The notes: generated by a model from the letters alone, not told the origin. A DNA stretch of 33,507 nt from Bacteroidota bacterium (GCA_003447535.1 DLYY01000183.1:10926-44432), one strand, 5' to 3'. Counted from the first letter of the stretch, positions 18,598-27,949 are shown. Numbers and translations are program-made.

Positions 18598-19668
18598 CTA
18601 GAACGCTTTATGCTTTCTTCTCCTCTTCTTAATCCCATATGCTATAAGGGTTAGCATGAATACAAGAGGTATCCAAATCATCCATTCAGCGCGCAACACT
18701 TGATAGCTTCTTTGCAACAGGTTGACTAATCGCTGAAAAAAAGTTGAAGAGAGTAATTCGTTTCGATCATACTGTTTAAGTAAGGTGTTATTGGGGTCAA
18801 TTTGTTCAATCGTGTCATATATATTGGAGGCCCGCTCATAGTACTTTAACGCGTAATAACAATAAAACAAAGCCTTCAATAACTCTACATCTTTTGGATA
18901 TAGCTTGACAAGTTTTTCTAAATCATACAAAGCTTTTTTATGCTGCTTCGCAGACAATGCCTCAATAGCGCGGTTTCGCCATAACACATCATTATTTTTA
19001 TCTAAGGCTATGGCCTTATCATAATCGGCAATCGCTTGGTCGTATTCACCACCTTCTCCATATAGAATAGCCCTTCGCCAATAATAATCAACTTGTTGAG
19101 TATCCAATTCTATAGCAAATGAAAAATCATCAATTGCTTCTTGTACATTGCCCAACTCAAGCGATACCAACGCCCGTTCGGCAAAAATATAAGCCCTGGG
19201 CTTGTCCCCAAGTCTGCTCGAAAGAAGAGAATGTGCTTGGCTATAGTTCTCCACCTCTCTATGATGGCTCACTAAAAATGCTCTAGCACTATCACGTAAA
19301 TCCTCATAATGTATGACTATATCTTCCATTATAAAACGAGCTTTGTCAACCTCGCCCATATTATAATGACAATAAGCCCTTAATATTTCCGCTCTTCCCA
19401 TTTGCTGGGAGGGTGGGTTAGCTAGGCTTAAATGATAAAGTGCCTGTTCGTAATCTTTAAGCCAATAGCGGCTTTGTGCCCGGTATAAGTGTGCTTCGGG
19501 TCGGCTGGGAAACTCCGCAATAATATCACCAAACAGAGAATCTGCAAGCAAATAGTCCTTCTCCTCAAGGGCCTGAATGGCAACAGGCCAGGGATTGTTT
19601 GCTTTAACTAGGACGAACCCTAAACGGAAAAACAGAATACAAAAAACTACATGCTTGTACCTAAGCAT
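18598..19668 (-). CDS. Exported TPR-repeat protein with C-terminal transmembrane anchor
   Basis: Signal peptide, TPR-like repeats ([24 protein letters not shown]) and terminal [28 protein letters not shown]. Confidence 0.85.
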   Translation of the reverse strand: MLRYKHVVFCILFFRLGFVLVKANNPWPVAIQALEEKDYLLADSLFGDIIAEFPSRPEAHLYRAQSRYWLKDYEQALYHLSLANPPSQQMGRAEILRAYCHYNMGEVDKARFIMEDIVIHYEDLRDSARAFLVSHHREVENYSQAHSLLSSRLGDKPRAYIFAERALVSLELGNVQEAIDDFSFAIELDTQQVDYYWRRAILYGEGGEYDQAIADYDKAIALDKNNDVLWRNRAIEALSAKQHKKALYDLEKLVKLYPKDVELLKALFYCYYALKYYERASNIYDTIEQIDPNNTLLKQYDRNELLSSTFFQRLVNLLQRSYQVLRAEWMIWIPLVFMLTLIAYGIKKRRRKHKAF

Positions 19669-20923
19669 GTAAGGGAAATAATTGTGCTAAGGCATGAACC
19701 TCTTTTTTTACCTTCTCTACCTCTTGATCACCTTGAGATAACACTCTATCAATCCATGATGCGATTTGCACCATTTCCTTTTCTGCAAACCCTCTAGTAG
19801 TTACTGCTGCGGTGCCCAAGCGAATACCCGAAGTAACAAAAGGTGATTTGGTGTCAAAAGGAACCATGTTTTTATTAGCTGTAATATCTGCCCGCCCTAA
19901 GAGCGCTTCGGCATCTTTTCCTGTGATTCCCTTACTTGATAAATCGATTAACATTAAGTGATTGTCTGTCCCCCCCGACACCAAATCGTAACCAGCATCG
20001 ATCAAAGCTTCTGACAATATTTGAGCATTTTGGATGACATGCTTTGTATATTCTTTGAAAGAAGGCTGTAATGCCTCCTCAAAAGCAACCGCCTTAGCCG
20101 CTATAACATGTTCAAGTGGGCCCCCTTGCGTCCCAGGGAAAACACCACTATCAAGAACCGAGGACATTTTTCTGATATCGCCCTTTTTGGTGGTCTTTCC
20201 CATTGGGTTGGGGTAGTCTTTACCCAACATGATGATTCCACCTCGAGGACCACGTAATGTTTTATGGGTTGTCGAGGTTACAATGTGACAATGAGGCATA
20301 GGGTTGTTGAGTTGGCCTGTTGCAATAAGCCCCGCTGTGTGAGCAACATCGGCAAGCAACAAAGCCCCAACTTCGTCGGCAATTTCTCGAAAACGTGCAT
20401 AATCCCAATCGCGGGAGTAGGCTGAGGCGCCGCAAATTAAAAGCTTTGGCCGCACAGTGTGTGCAATGCGCGCAACATCATCCATATCAATTCGTCCAGT
20501 CTCTTGTTGCACCCCATAGAAATGAGCATCGTAATACAAACCGCTTAAATTAACGGGAGACCCATGCGAAAGGTGGCCACCATGGGCAAGACTAAATCCC
20601 AGAATAGAATCGCCAGGGTTTAATGTGGCTAACATAACTGCCGCATTCGCCTGGGCGCCGCTGTGCGATTGGACATTCGCCCATTCCGCCCCAAAAAGAG
20701 AACACAGCCGTTCTATACAAAGCTGCTCAATCTCATCGACCACTTCACAACCTCCATAATACCTTCTTTTGGGCAACCCCTCAGCATACTTGTTCGTCAG
20801 GATGCTTCCCGCTGCCTTCATAACATTTGGACTCGCAAAGTTTTCTGAGGCAATCAGCTCGATTCCCTCAAGCTGGCGCTTGTGTTCTAATTCTATTAGG
20901 TCAAAAATTTTATCGTGTTGCAT
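19661..20923 (-). CDS. glyA: Serine hydroxymethyltransferase
   Basis: [47 protein letters not shown]. Confidence 0.98.
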   Translation of the reverse strand: MQHDKIFDLIELEHKRQLEGIELIASENFASPNVMKAAGSILTNKYAEGLPKRRYYGGCEVVDEIEQLCIERLCSLFGAEWANVQSHSGAQANAAVMLATLNPGDSILGFSLAHGGHLSHGSPVNLSGLYYDAHFYGVQQETGRIDMDDVARIAHTVRPKLLICGASAYSRDWDYARFREIADEVGALLLADVAHTAGLIATGQLNNPMPHCHIVTSTTHKTLRGPRGGIIMLGKDYPNPMGKTTKKGDIRKMSSVLDSGVFPGTQGGPLEHVIAAKAVAFEEALQPSFKEYTKHVIQNAQILSEALIDAGYDLVSGGTDNHLMLIDLSSKGITGKDAEALLGRADITANKNMVPFDTKSPFVTSGIRLGTAAVTTRGFAEKEMVQIASWIDRVLSQGDQEVEKVKKEVHALAQLFPLHA

Positions 20924-20936
20924 GGTTGAAATCTAG

Positions 20937-21173
20937 TTATTCTTCTTGTACTTCGTTTTGCTCGGCTTGTAATTTTTTATGCGCCTTAAGACGTTTTATT
21001 CCCTGCATTAAGCGAACTAGTCCATACACCCCCAAAGGAAAGGCAAATAGGGCTTGCCATCGAAGTTGAGGTGTGTTGGAAAGCAAAAATTCCGAAACAG
21101 CCATGAAGACCCCTAGGCCTAGAAAGGCGATTCCGCGGATAATAAAGGATATGCCTTGATACTTTAAGTTCAT
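20937..21173 (-). CDS. Small two-TM hypothetical membrane protein (78 aa)
   Basis: Fills the serS-glyA gap, overlaps the serS stop (ATGA), and has two hydrophobic helices and a charged tail. Confidence 0.75.
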   Translation of the reverse strand: MNLKYQGISFIIRGIAFLGLGVFMAVSEFLLSNTPQLRWQALFAFPLGVYGLVRLMQGIKRLKAHKKLQAEQNEVQEE

Positions 21174-22453
21174 AATCTCATGTCTTGTTTGGTTAATCTA
21201 TCTATTCCTACATAAGCATGGAGCACTTTGGGCAAGTGTACCACTTCGCCATCCCAACCCTGCTCTAACAATCCCGAAACAATACGAGGAATAGCTAGAG
21301 CACTGCCATTTAATGTATGGGGCTTGATCTTATTGTTATCTTGATCACGGTACCTAAGGCGAAGGCGGTTAGTCTGAAATGTTCCAAAATTTGAAACAGA
21401 GCTTACTTCAAGCCAGCGCGACTGACCTGGAGACCAAATTTCAAAATCATAGGTGATTCCTGCCGCGAATCCTAGGTCTCCGGCACATAGATTCAGAATC
21501 CTAAAGGGCATTTCTAAAGAATCCAGCAAGGCCTCAACATGGTTTACCATGCCTTGATGGGCTGCTTCGGAATCTGATGGCGGTACAATTTGCACAATTT
21601 CCACCTTATCAAACTGATGCAGGCGATTTAATCCACGCACCTCTTTTCCATAGGAACCAGCCTCCCTTCGAAAACAAGGAGTGTACCCCGTCAGTTTAAT
21701 CGGCATGTCATTTTCATGAATCAGAGCATCTCTGTACAAGTTCGTTAATGGCACCTCAGCCGTTGGAATCAAGTACAACCCATCTAGGGTTGCTTCATAC
21801 ATTTGCGCTTCTTTGTCAGGCAATTGCCCTGTCGCTCGTGCAGAATCCGCATTCACTAAGTGAGGCACTTGAAACTCGGCATACCCAGCCTTGTTTGCTT
21901 CATCTAAAAAAAAGGAAACCAATCCACGCTGTAGCCTAGCCATGCCGCCCACATAAACAGGAAATCCACTCCCTGAGAGTTTAACGCCCAAATCCATACG
22001 TAAAAGATTCAGGCGCTCTGCAATCTCCCAATGGGGTGTACTAGCCTCCTTACATGCCCTATCAGACCGACGAACTTCTTGATTATCCTCTTCACTTTTC
22101 CCCTCTGGAACTTCGTCAAAGGCAAGGTTAGGAAGTTGGATCCAGTGGGCATTAAGGGCATCGTTCGCCTCCCGCATAGCCTGTTCCAAAGAAGTAATAG
22201 TCGCCTTTAACTCTTTAGTCTTCTCTCTAAGGAGTTCTGCTTTGTCTTTTTGGCCTGTCTTAAAAAGCTTGCCCACCTTCTGGGATGCTGCGTTTGCCTC
22301 TGTTTTTGCCTCGTCTAATCTACCTTGAGCACTCCGTCTTGTGGCATCAAGAGCGATCAAATGGTCAATCTCTTCCGAAGAAGTGCCGGGGCGTTTACTA
22401 TGTCGATATTTAGCGAGTTCTGTATTGGCCCGTGTCCATTGTAAATCAATCAT
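21170..22453 (-). CDS. serS: Seryl-tRNA synthetase
   Basis: Coiled-coil arm, TGQLP, LIPTAEVPL, CFRREAGSYG, RLHQFDKVE, EVSSVSN, HTLNGSALA. Confidence 0.98.
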   Translation of the reverse strand: MIDLQWTRANTELAKYRHSKRPGTSSEEIDHLIALDATRRSAQGRLDEAKTEANAASQKVGKLFKTGQKDKAELLREKTKELKATITSLEQAMREANDALNAHWIQLPNLAFDEVPEGKSEEDNQEVRRSDRACKEASTPHWEIAERLNLLRMDLGVKLSGSGFPVYVGGMARLQRGLVSFFLDEANKAGYAEFQVPHLVNADSARATGQLPDKEAQMYEATLDGLYLIPTAEVPLTNLYRDALIHENDMPIKLTGYTPCFRREAGSYGKEVRGLNRLHQFDKVEIVQIVPPSDSEAAHQGMVNHVEALLDSLEMPFRILNLCAGDLGFAAGITYDFEIWSPGQSRWLEVSSVSNFGTFQTNRLRLRYRDQDNNKIKPHTLNGSALAIPRIVSGLLEQGWDGEVVHLPKVLHAYVGIDRLTKQDMRL

Positions 22454-22516
22454 TATATCTTTCTAGCGTAAAAAACGGCAAATCCTTCAAATTGTGCCCT
22501 AGTTTTTATCAAAATA

Positions 22517-22547
22517 TTGCAACTATTGGAAGAATTAGTTATCCTTG
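22517..22547 (+). promoter_or_regulatory. Candidate rho promoter: TTG (22517-19), 20-nt spacer, TATCCTTG (22540-47)
   Basis: Matches the Bacteroidota -33/-7 architecture and spacing with one mismatch. Confidence 0.55.
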
Positions 22548-22601
22548 CAATGGAAATCATTCAATTCATTCCCGATTTCCCTTCAATTCTCAATTTATTT
22601 C

Positions 22602-24194
22602 ATGTACGATATTGAACAACTGAACGCGTTTATCGTTCCAGAACTTAAAGAAATTGCTGAGCAATTTTCTGTTAAGGGTTTTAAAAGTATGGCAAAAATG
22701 GATTTAGTGCACGCCATTTTGGATGCGCAAGCTGATAAAGAGCTCGCTGCTGGTGATTCTACTAAGGAAAAGCCACAGGCACGTAATAGCACAAAACGAC
22801 CATCTAAAAAGGATAAAGAATCAAGTTCTCCAAATAAAAGTGACAAAAAGTCCTCTGATTCGAATGAGGATGAGAAGGGTCAAAATGAAGAAAACCGCCC
22901 AAATGATAATAAACGACGTCGGAATAATCAGAAAAATCAATCATCCAACGATCGAAGAAAAAACAACGACAAAGAACAAGGTCGAGGTAGAGATCACTCC
23001 CATGGTTCAGATTCAAAGGGGCATCAAAACGATAGAAGGCCACCAAAAAAAGAATACGTATTCGACGTAAAAGTTGATGGGTGTATTGCTGGCGAGGGAG
23101 TTCTTGAGTTGATGAATGAGGGCTATGGCTTTCTACGTTCGGGTGATTACAATTACCTAAGTTCTCCAGATGACATCTATGTTTCTTCGGGACAGATAAA
23201 ATCCAATGGGCTGAAGCCAGGAGATACGATAAAGGGATTTATCCGCCCACCAAGACCTGGTGAAAAGTATTTTGCTTTAAACAAGGTGGAATCGGTCAAT
23301 GGTATGAGTCCAGAAAAGATTAAGCATAGAATTCCTTTCGATTATCTAAAACCTCTCTTCCCAGAAGAAAAATTAAACCTCTCTCTAGAGGGTGATAAAA
23401 ATACTCTATCCACGAGAGTAATGGATCTCTTTACGCCTATTGGAAAAGGACAACGGGGCATGATTGTGGCTCAGCCAAAGACAGGGAAAACGTCTATTCT
23501 AAAAGATGTAGCAAATGCCATAGCTCATAATCACCCGGAAGTATACTTAATGGTCTTGTTGATCGATGAAAGACCCGAAGAAGTAACAGACATGGAGCGC
23601 AGTGTGCGAGCTGAGGTTTTGGCATCTACATTTGATGAACCTGCAGACCGACATGTAAAGGTTTCTACCATTGCACTTGAAAAAGCCAAGCGACTAGTAG
23701 AAAGCGGTATGGACGTTGTTATTCTCCTTGATTCTATAACACGTCTTGCTCGCGCTCACAATACAGTGTCCCCGGCATCGGGTAAAGTACTATCAGGAGG
23801 GGTTGAGGCCAATGCCTTGCACAAACCTAAAAAATTCTTCGGAGCTGCACGAAATATCGAACACGGGGGGTCTCTAACTATTCTTGCCACTGCACTTATT
23901 GAAACGGGCTCAAAAATGGATGAAGTGATTTTTGAGGAATTCAAGGGTACTGGAAACATGGAATTACAACTCGATCGTCGTTTGTCCAATCGCAGAATTT
24001 ATCCTGCCATTGATCTTGTTGCCTCCAGCACACGAAGAGAAGACCTTTTACTAGGCAAAGAACAATTGCAGCGTATGTGGATTTTACGAAATCACTTGGC
24101 AGACATGAATAGTGAAGAAGCCATGGACTTTATTCTCAATCACATGAGGGGAACTCTGTCCAATGAAGAGTTCTTGGTATCCATGAACGGATAA
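22602..24194 (+). CDS. rho: Transcription termination factor Rho with N-terminal insertion
   Basis: [61 protein letters not shown] 22602 is preferred over TTG 22545, which lies inside the promoter element. Confidence 0.98.
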   Translation: MYDIEQLNAFIVPELKEIAEQFSVKGFKSMAKMDLVHAILDAQADKELAAGDSTKEKPQARNSTKRPSKKDKESSSPNKSDKKSSDSNEDEKGQNEENRPNDNKRRRNNQKNQSSNDRRKNNDKEQGRGRDHSHGSDSKGHQNDRRPPKKEYVFDVKVDGCIAGEGVLELMNEGYGFLRSGDYNYLSSPDDIYVSSGQIKSNGLKPGDTIKGFIRPPRPGEKYFALNKVESVNGMSPEKIKHRIPFDYLKPLFPEEKLNLSLEGDKNTLSTRVMDLFTPIGKGQRGMIVAQPKTGKTSILKDVANAIAHNHPEVYLMVLLIDERPEEVTDMERSVRAEVLASTFDEPADRHVKVSTIALEKAKRLVESGMDVVILLDSITRLARAHNTVSPASGKVLSGGVEANALHKPKKFFGAARNIEHGGSLTILATALIETGSKMDEVIFEEFKGTGNMELQLDRRLSNRRIYPAIDLVASSTRREDLLLGKEQLQRMWILRNHLADMNSEEAMDFILNHMRGTLSNEEFLVSMNG

Positions 24195-24199
24195 AATTT

Positions 24200-26011
24200 C
24201 TAGTCCAGGTTACTTTGGTCAGGATAAATAACCAATTCTTGACCTATACGCAAACTTGCCGCATCTGTAATGTTATTCCAGCCTGTAACCTGAGATAATC
24301 CCACATTATATTTCTCAGCAATCACGCTCAATACCTCTCCAGACTTCACCGTATGAATCACCTTCGAGGACGAAGAAGAAGACGAGCTACTTGAGGACGC
24401 CGTTCGATTGTCTGAGTAAACTGTCAGTGACTGGCCTATTGCTAATATTGACTCCTCGGTTAGACCATTCCAAGCCATAAGCTTTGAGAACCCCACGTTG
24501 TATTGCTCAGCGATGCCTCCCAAAAACTCACCCTCCACGACGACATGTGTGATCTTTTGATTTGCATTCGAACTACTTGAACTATTGCTAGTAGACACGG
24601 CGCTGCCAGACTCTACTGTAGGAGGTGATTGGGCGCGAATGGTTGTATTTGAGGTGGTAACTTCTTGGGTCGTTGTGCTTGTTGCTACTTCTAGAGTTTG
24701 GAAGTCTAGGAGGCGTTTTGCTTGAGCTTCTCGAAAAGCCTCCAGCTCAACTTCTGTTGATTGAGTTATCTCTTCATTTAAGGCAACAAGCAAGGCCTCG
24801 CCCAACATCTCGGCCTTGAGGCGGTACCCTTTAGGTTTCAAAGAGATAAGGTCTAGATTGGCCAATTTTCGCGTTTTCCAGTCTAAAATTCTAGTCCTTC
24901 CCCCAGAAGCCCAAAACCAATCATAAAATAGACATCCCTTCTCTTTAGCAATCTCGTGCAGTAAAGCCGAATACTCTTCTGTTACCGCCATATTTTCTTG
25001 CTTACCGCGATACATGTCTTGACCTGATACCAATAAAATCGCTGCGTTGGGGCATGCACGGTTGGCTTTGGCAATAGTTCGGCTTATGTTTTTCTTTGTA
25101 AAAGGACCTAAAACATCTCGTCCGCTTAGCTCGGCGACAGAAAAGTCAAGGATAATCAAATCTGGATTTAGTGCCGATAATTGTGCACTAAACAGTTCTG
25201 CATTAAGTATTCCTGCATACCCAGAACCTTCCACTCCTAGAGAATGATAAACAAGTCCAGAATCTTCAACAGAAAGAAGATTGGCTCCATGAAAAATAAA
25301 CCCTGATTGACTCGGTGCAGATTTTTGACACATCAAGGTAAATTCACGGTCGAACGATGGTATAAGCGCTTCAATGTGACCTAAATCTGCATTCATTAAA
25401 GAGGGCTGAATAAGGACAGTATCTTCGCCAGAAACCCATAATACATCAAAACTATTATGCGGCTCACAAAAGATTTGAAGCCGCATGGGTCTTTGGGGAA
25501 GCTTTTCTTGAAACTCATATGAAATCTGAGCGTTTTCATCAGCTGTTTTCGCGACCATGCCGGACACCCCCCTTGGAATGGACGGAGTCATTCTACTAGC
25601 AATATCATATCTCCAGGCACCTTTATGGCTGCTGGTGTAGTATACAGAACTAAAGGTGCGTGCAACCGAATTTGGCTGAACCATACCCCAGCCTCCATCA
25701 CCGCGTTCGACCTGAAGAATTTCTTGTAGATACCCAGTGAACATATCCGCTTGAACATGTTCATCGCCAAAGTGAGCAATAACAAAAGCATTGCTATCCG
25801 TATTGTTCCAATCTTTCCTCACATGACTAAGTGCACTATCTGAGTAACACTGAATGACATTCGCTTCAGGATGCAGGAATGAATAGTCATCGGCACGTGA
25901 AAAACTTCCTTGAGCCCAAGCAGCATTGGCCAACAAGACAAAGCAGCCAAAAAATATTAATAGATAGGAGGGTAGTCTCCTTTGAGTTGATGGTTGAGTA
26001 GATTTCTCCAT
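24200..26011 (-). CDS. Exported SGNH/GDSL-fold protein with two C-terminal LysM domains; catalytic residues substituted
   Basis: Signal peptide, IAHFGDEHVQAD, GDGGWG, YHSLGVEGS, LNPDLIIL, DLISLKPKGY, Ser/Thr linkers, and LysM domains at about 24416-24553 and 24221-24362. Confidence 0.85.
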   Translation of the reverse strand: MEKSTQPSTQRRLPSYLLIFFGCFVLLANAAWAQGSFSRADDYSFLHPEANVIQCYSDSALSHVRKDWNNTDSNAFVIAHFGDEHVQADMFTGYLQEILQVERGDGGWGMVQPNSVARTFSSVYYTSSHKGAWRYDIASRMTPSIPRGVSGMVAKTADENAQISYEFQEKLPQRPMRLQIFCEPHNSFDVLWVSGEDTVLIQPSLMNADLGHIEALIPSFDREFTLMCQKSAPSQSGFIFHGANLLSVEDSGLVYHSLGVEGSGYAGILNAELFSAQLSALNPDLIILDFSVAELSGRDVLGPFTKKNISRTIAKANRACPNAAILLVSGQDMYRGKQENMAVTEEYSALLHEIAKEKGCLFYDWFWASGGRTRILDWKTRKLANLDLISLKPKGYRLKAEMLGEALLVALNEEITQSTEVELEAFREAQAKRLLDFQTLEVATSTTTQEVTTSNTTIRAQSPPTVESGSAVSTSNSSSSSNANQKITHVVVEGEFLGGIAEQYNVGFSKLMAWNGLTEESILAIGQSLTVYSDNRTASSSSSSSSSSSKVIHTVKSGEVLSVIAEKYNVGLSQVTGWNNITDAASLRIGQELVIYPDQSNLD

Positions 26012-26222
26012 AGTATAAAGTTCTCTAAAATATCACAAGCTTAGACCCCCTGCATCTCAACAAAGTTGGAGATGATGTCCATGAGAATCTACAAAGCCCT
26101 TATCCAGAGAAGCAAAATGATTAAAACAAATGAAAACATGCTTAAAACGACTACCGAAAGGAAAAAGTATGATAGTCCTTCTAAGAAAAGCATTACATAT
26201 TGTTTGTTTGGATAGATTGTTG

Positions 26223-26230
26223 TACCTTCG
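26223..26230 (+). promoter_or_regulatory. Candidate -7 element TACCTTCG for rpmH-rnpA
   Basis: One mismatch to TAnnTTTG, with TTTG/TTG tracts upstream at about 26200-26210. Confidence 0.5.
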
Positions 26231-26264
26231 CCTACCCATAAAAAGGGAATAATAATCATTCATC

Positions 26265-26420
26265 ATGAAAAGAACATTTCAGCCTTCAAGAAGAAAACGT
26301 AAAAACAAGCACGGGTTCCGTGAGCGTATGATAAGTAAAGGGGGCCGAAAAGTTATTGCCTCTCGTCGTGCCAAAGGAAGAAAAAAACTCACCGTTTCCG
26401 ACGAAAAGCGTCTTAAGTAG
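26265..26420 (+). CDS. rpmH: 50S ribosomal protein bL34 (51 aa)
   Basis: Below the ORF-track cutoff. Manual translation gives [51 protein letters not shown]. Confidence 0.97.
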   Translation: MKRTFQPSRRKRKNKHGFRERMISKGGRKVIASRRAKGRKKLTVSDEKRLK

Positions 26421-26793
26421 ACGCTATAGTCTGAAAAGCACCCTTTTGTGGGGAAAGCTATTGTCTACGGGTGCCCGGATTAGAAAGGGTCCCTACACCA
26501 TCATTTTTATCCCCCACCAAGAATTCAACATTGGATTCATCGTTCCCAAGCGATTTTTTGCGAAAGCGCATACCCGTAATCGGGTTAAACGTTTGTTAAG
26601 AGAAGCAAGCGCAAGTCTAATGTCTCATTATCGTGAGCTACCCAAGGCGGCCATAATTGTTAAATATGGCAACAAACAGAAATCTCCACCTTCCCTGAAT
26701 TCAGCCATTGATTTGCTCAAGCCTTTATTTCTAGAAGTAAAGAATTCAAATTCAGCCATTGTCCAACCTCAGGAAGAGCAAGGTAAGCGCTGA
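26356..26793 (+). CDS. rnpA: Ribonuclease P protein component (start uncertain, non-ATG)
   Basis: [26 protein letters not shown] (RNR motif), directly following rpmH. Confidence 0.88.
   Translation: MPLVVPKEEKNSPFPTKSVLSRRYSLKSTLLWGKLLSTGARIRKGPYTIIFIPHQEFNIGFIVPKRFFAKAHTRNRVKRLLREASASLMSHYRELPKAAIIVKYGNKQKSPPSLNSAIDLLKPLFLEVKNSNSAIVQPQEEQGKR
26698..26761 (+). repeat. 13-bp direct repeat AATTCAGCCATTG x2, 51 nt apart, in the rnpA 3' end
   Basis: Copies at 26698-26710 and 26749-26761, both encoding NSAI. Confidence 0.7.
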
Positions 26794-26804
26794 GGCTATA
26801 TTTC

Positions 26805-27920
26805 TTAGTTAAAAAGCGTCTCTACTGGGACATGGGGAAGATTAAAGGCTTCCGCAACCCCTTCGTATACCACCTTGCCTTGGACTATGTTAAGTCCTTT
26901 TAACAAGTCTTTGCGCTTAGAGCATGCTTCTTTCCACCCATTATTGGCCAGATCGATTACATAGGGCAGGGTTGCGTTAGTTAGTGCAACCGTTGAGGTA
27001 TAAGGAACAGCTCCTGGCATATTCGCTACGCAATAATGAACCACGTCATCAATGATATAGGTAGGGTCTTCATGGGTCGTAGGCTTACAAGTTTCTATGC
27101 ATCCGCCTTGATCAACAGCTACATCAACTAATACGGCTCCCTTGTGCATCATTGATAGCATATCCCTTGTAATGAGGCTTGGAGCCTTAGCACCAGGAAT
27201 CAGCACAGCCCCTATAATCAAATCCATTCGCGGAATCAAATCCCGAATGGTCATTTCTGTAGAAAAACGAGTAATCACATTAGCAGGCATTACATCATTT
27301 AGGTAGCGTAAACGATTGAGGTTAACATCCAAGATGGTCACCATAGCACCCAAACCCGCTGCCATTCGCGCAGCCTGAGTTCCTACGACTCCGCCGCCGA
27401 GAACCAGTACGCGTCCGGGTTCAACACCTGGTACGCCGCCCAATAAAACACCTTTGCCCTGAATGGGTTTCTCCAAGTATTTTGCGCCTTGTTGAACTGA
27501 CATTCTTCCCGCCACTTCACTCATCGGGATAAGTAGGGGCAAAGTGCCATGATTACTTTCTACCGTTTCATAGGCTAGGCACACCGCCTTTGACCTGATA
27601 CAAGCCCGCGTTAAAGGCTCACTTGATGCAAAGTGGAAATAGGTAAAGACTAGCTGATCCTCGCGCAAAAGACCATATTCCGCTTCAATGGGTTCTTTTA
27701 CCTTCACAATCATCTCTGCCTCTGCATAGACACTTTCTAGAGTTGGTGCAATGGAAGCCCCAGCCTCAATATAGTCTTCATCGCTAAATCCACTACCCAT
27801 TCCTGCCTTTGTTTGAATACGAACCACATGGCCTCTTTTTGTCAACTCCAAGACGCCACCGGGGGTAACAGCCACCCGGTTTTCATTATTTTTTATTTCT
27901 ATAGGTACTCCAATATTCAT
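26805..27920 (-). CDS. ald: Alanine dehydrogenase
   Basis: IGVPIEIKNNENRVA, KVKEP, FTYFH, PMSEVAGR, GGGVVG, VAVDQGGC, VANMPGAVP. ATG 27920 is preferred. Confidence 0.97.
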   Translation of the reverse strand: MNIGVPIEIKNNENRVAVTPGGVLELTKRGHVVRIQTKAGMGSGFSDEDYIEAGASIAPTLESVYAEAEMIVKVKEPIEAEYGLLREDQLVFTYFHFASSEPLTRACIRSKAVCLAYETVESNHGTLPLLIPMSEVAGRMSVQQGAKYLEKPIQGKGVLLGGVPGVEPGRVLVLGGGVVGTQAARMAAGLGAMVTILDVNLNRLRYLNDVMPANVITRFSTEMTIRDLIPRMDLIIGAVLIPGAKAPSLITRDMLSMMHKGAVLVDVAVDQGGCIETCKPTTHEDPTYIIDDVVHYCVANMPGAVPYTSTVALTNATLPYVIDLANNGWKEACSKRKDLLKGLNIVQGKVVYEGVAEAFNLPHVPVETLFN

Positions 27921-27949
27921 AACCAAAATTTTATCAATATTAAAAAGAT

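Noticed and set aside
24366-24400. Poly-Ser tract as a DNA microsatellite
   Set aside because: It is encoded by mixed Ser codons and is a protein linker between LysM domains.
26012-26264. oriC next to rpmH
   Set aside because: No dnaA gene and only one imperfect box (TTATCCAGA near 26100), with no box cluster.
26057-26266. 69-aa minus-strand ORF upstream of the SGNH-LysM gene
   Set aside because: It spans the rpmH promoter and leader, has atypical composition and shows no motifs.
26260-26334. Complete Thermus-style overlap of rnpA over rpmH
   Set aside because: An in-frame TAA at 26332-26334 blocks any rnpA start upstream of rpmH.
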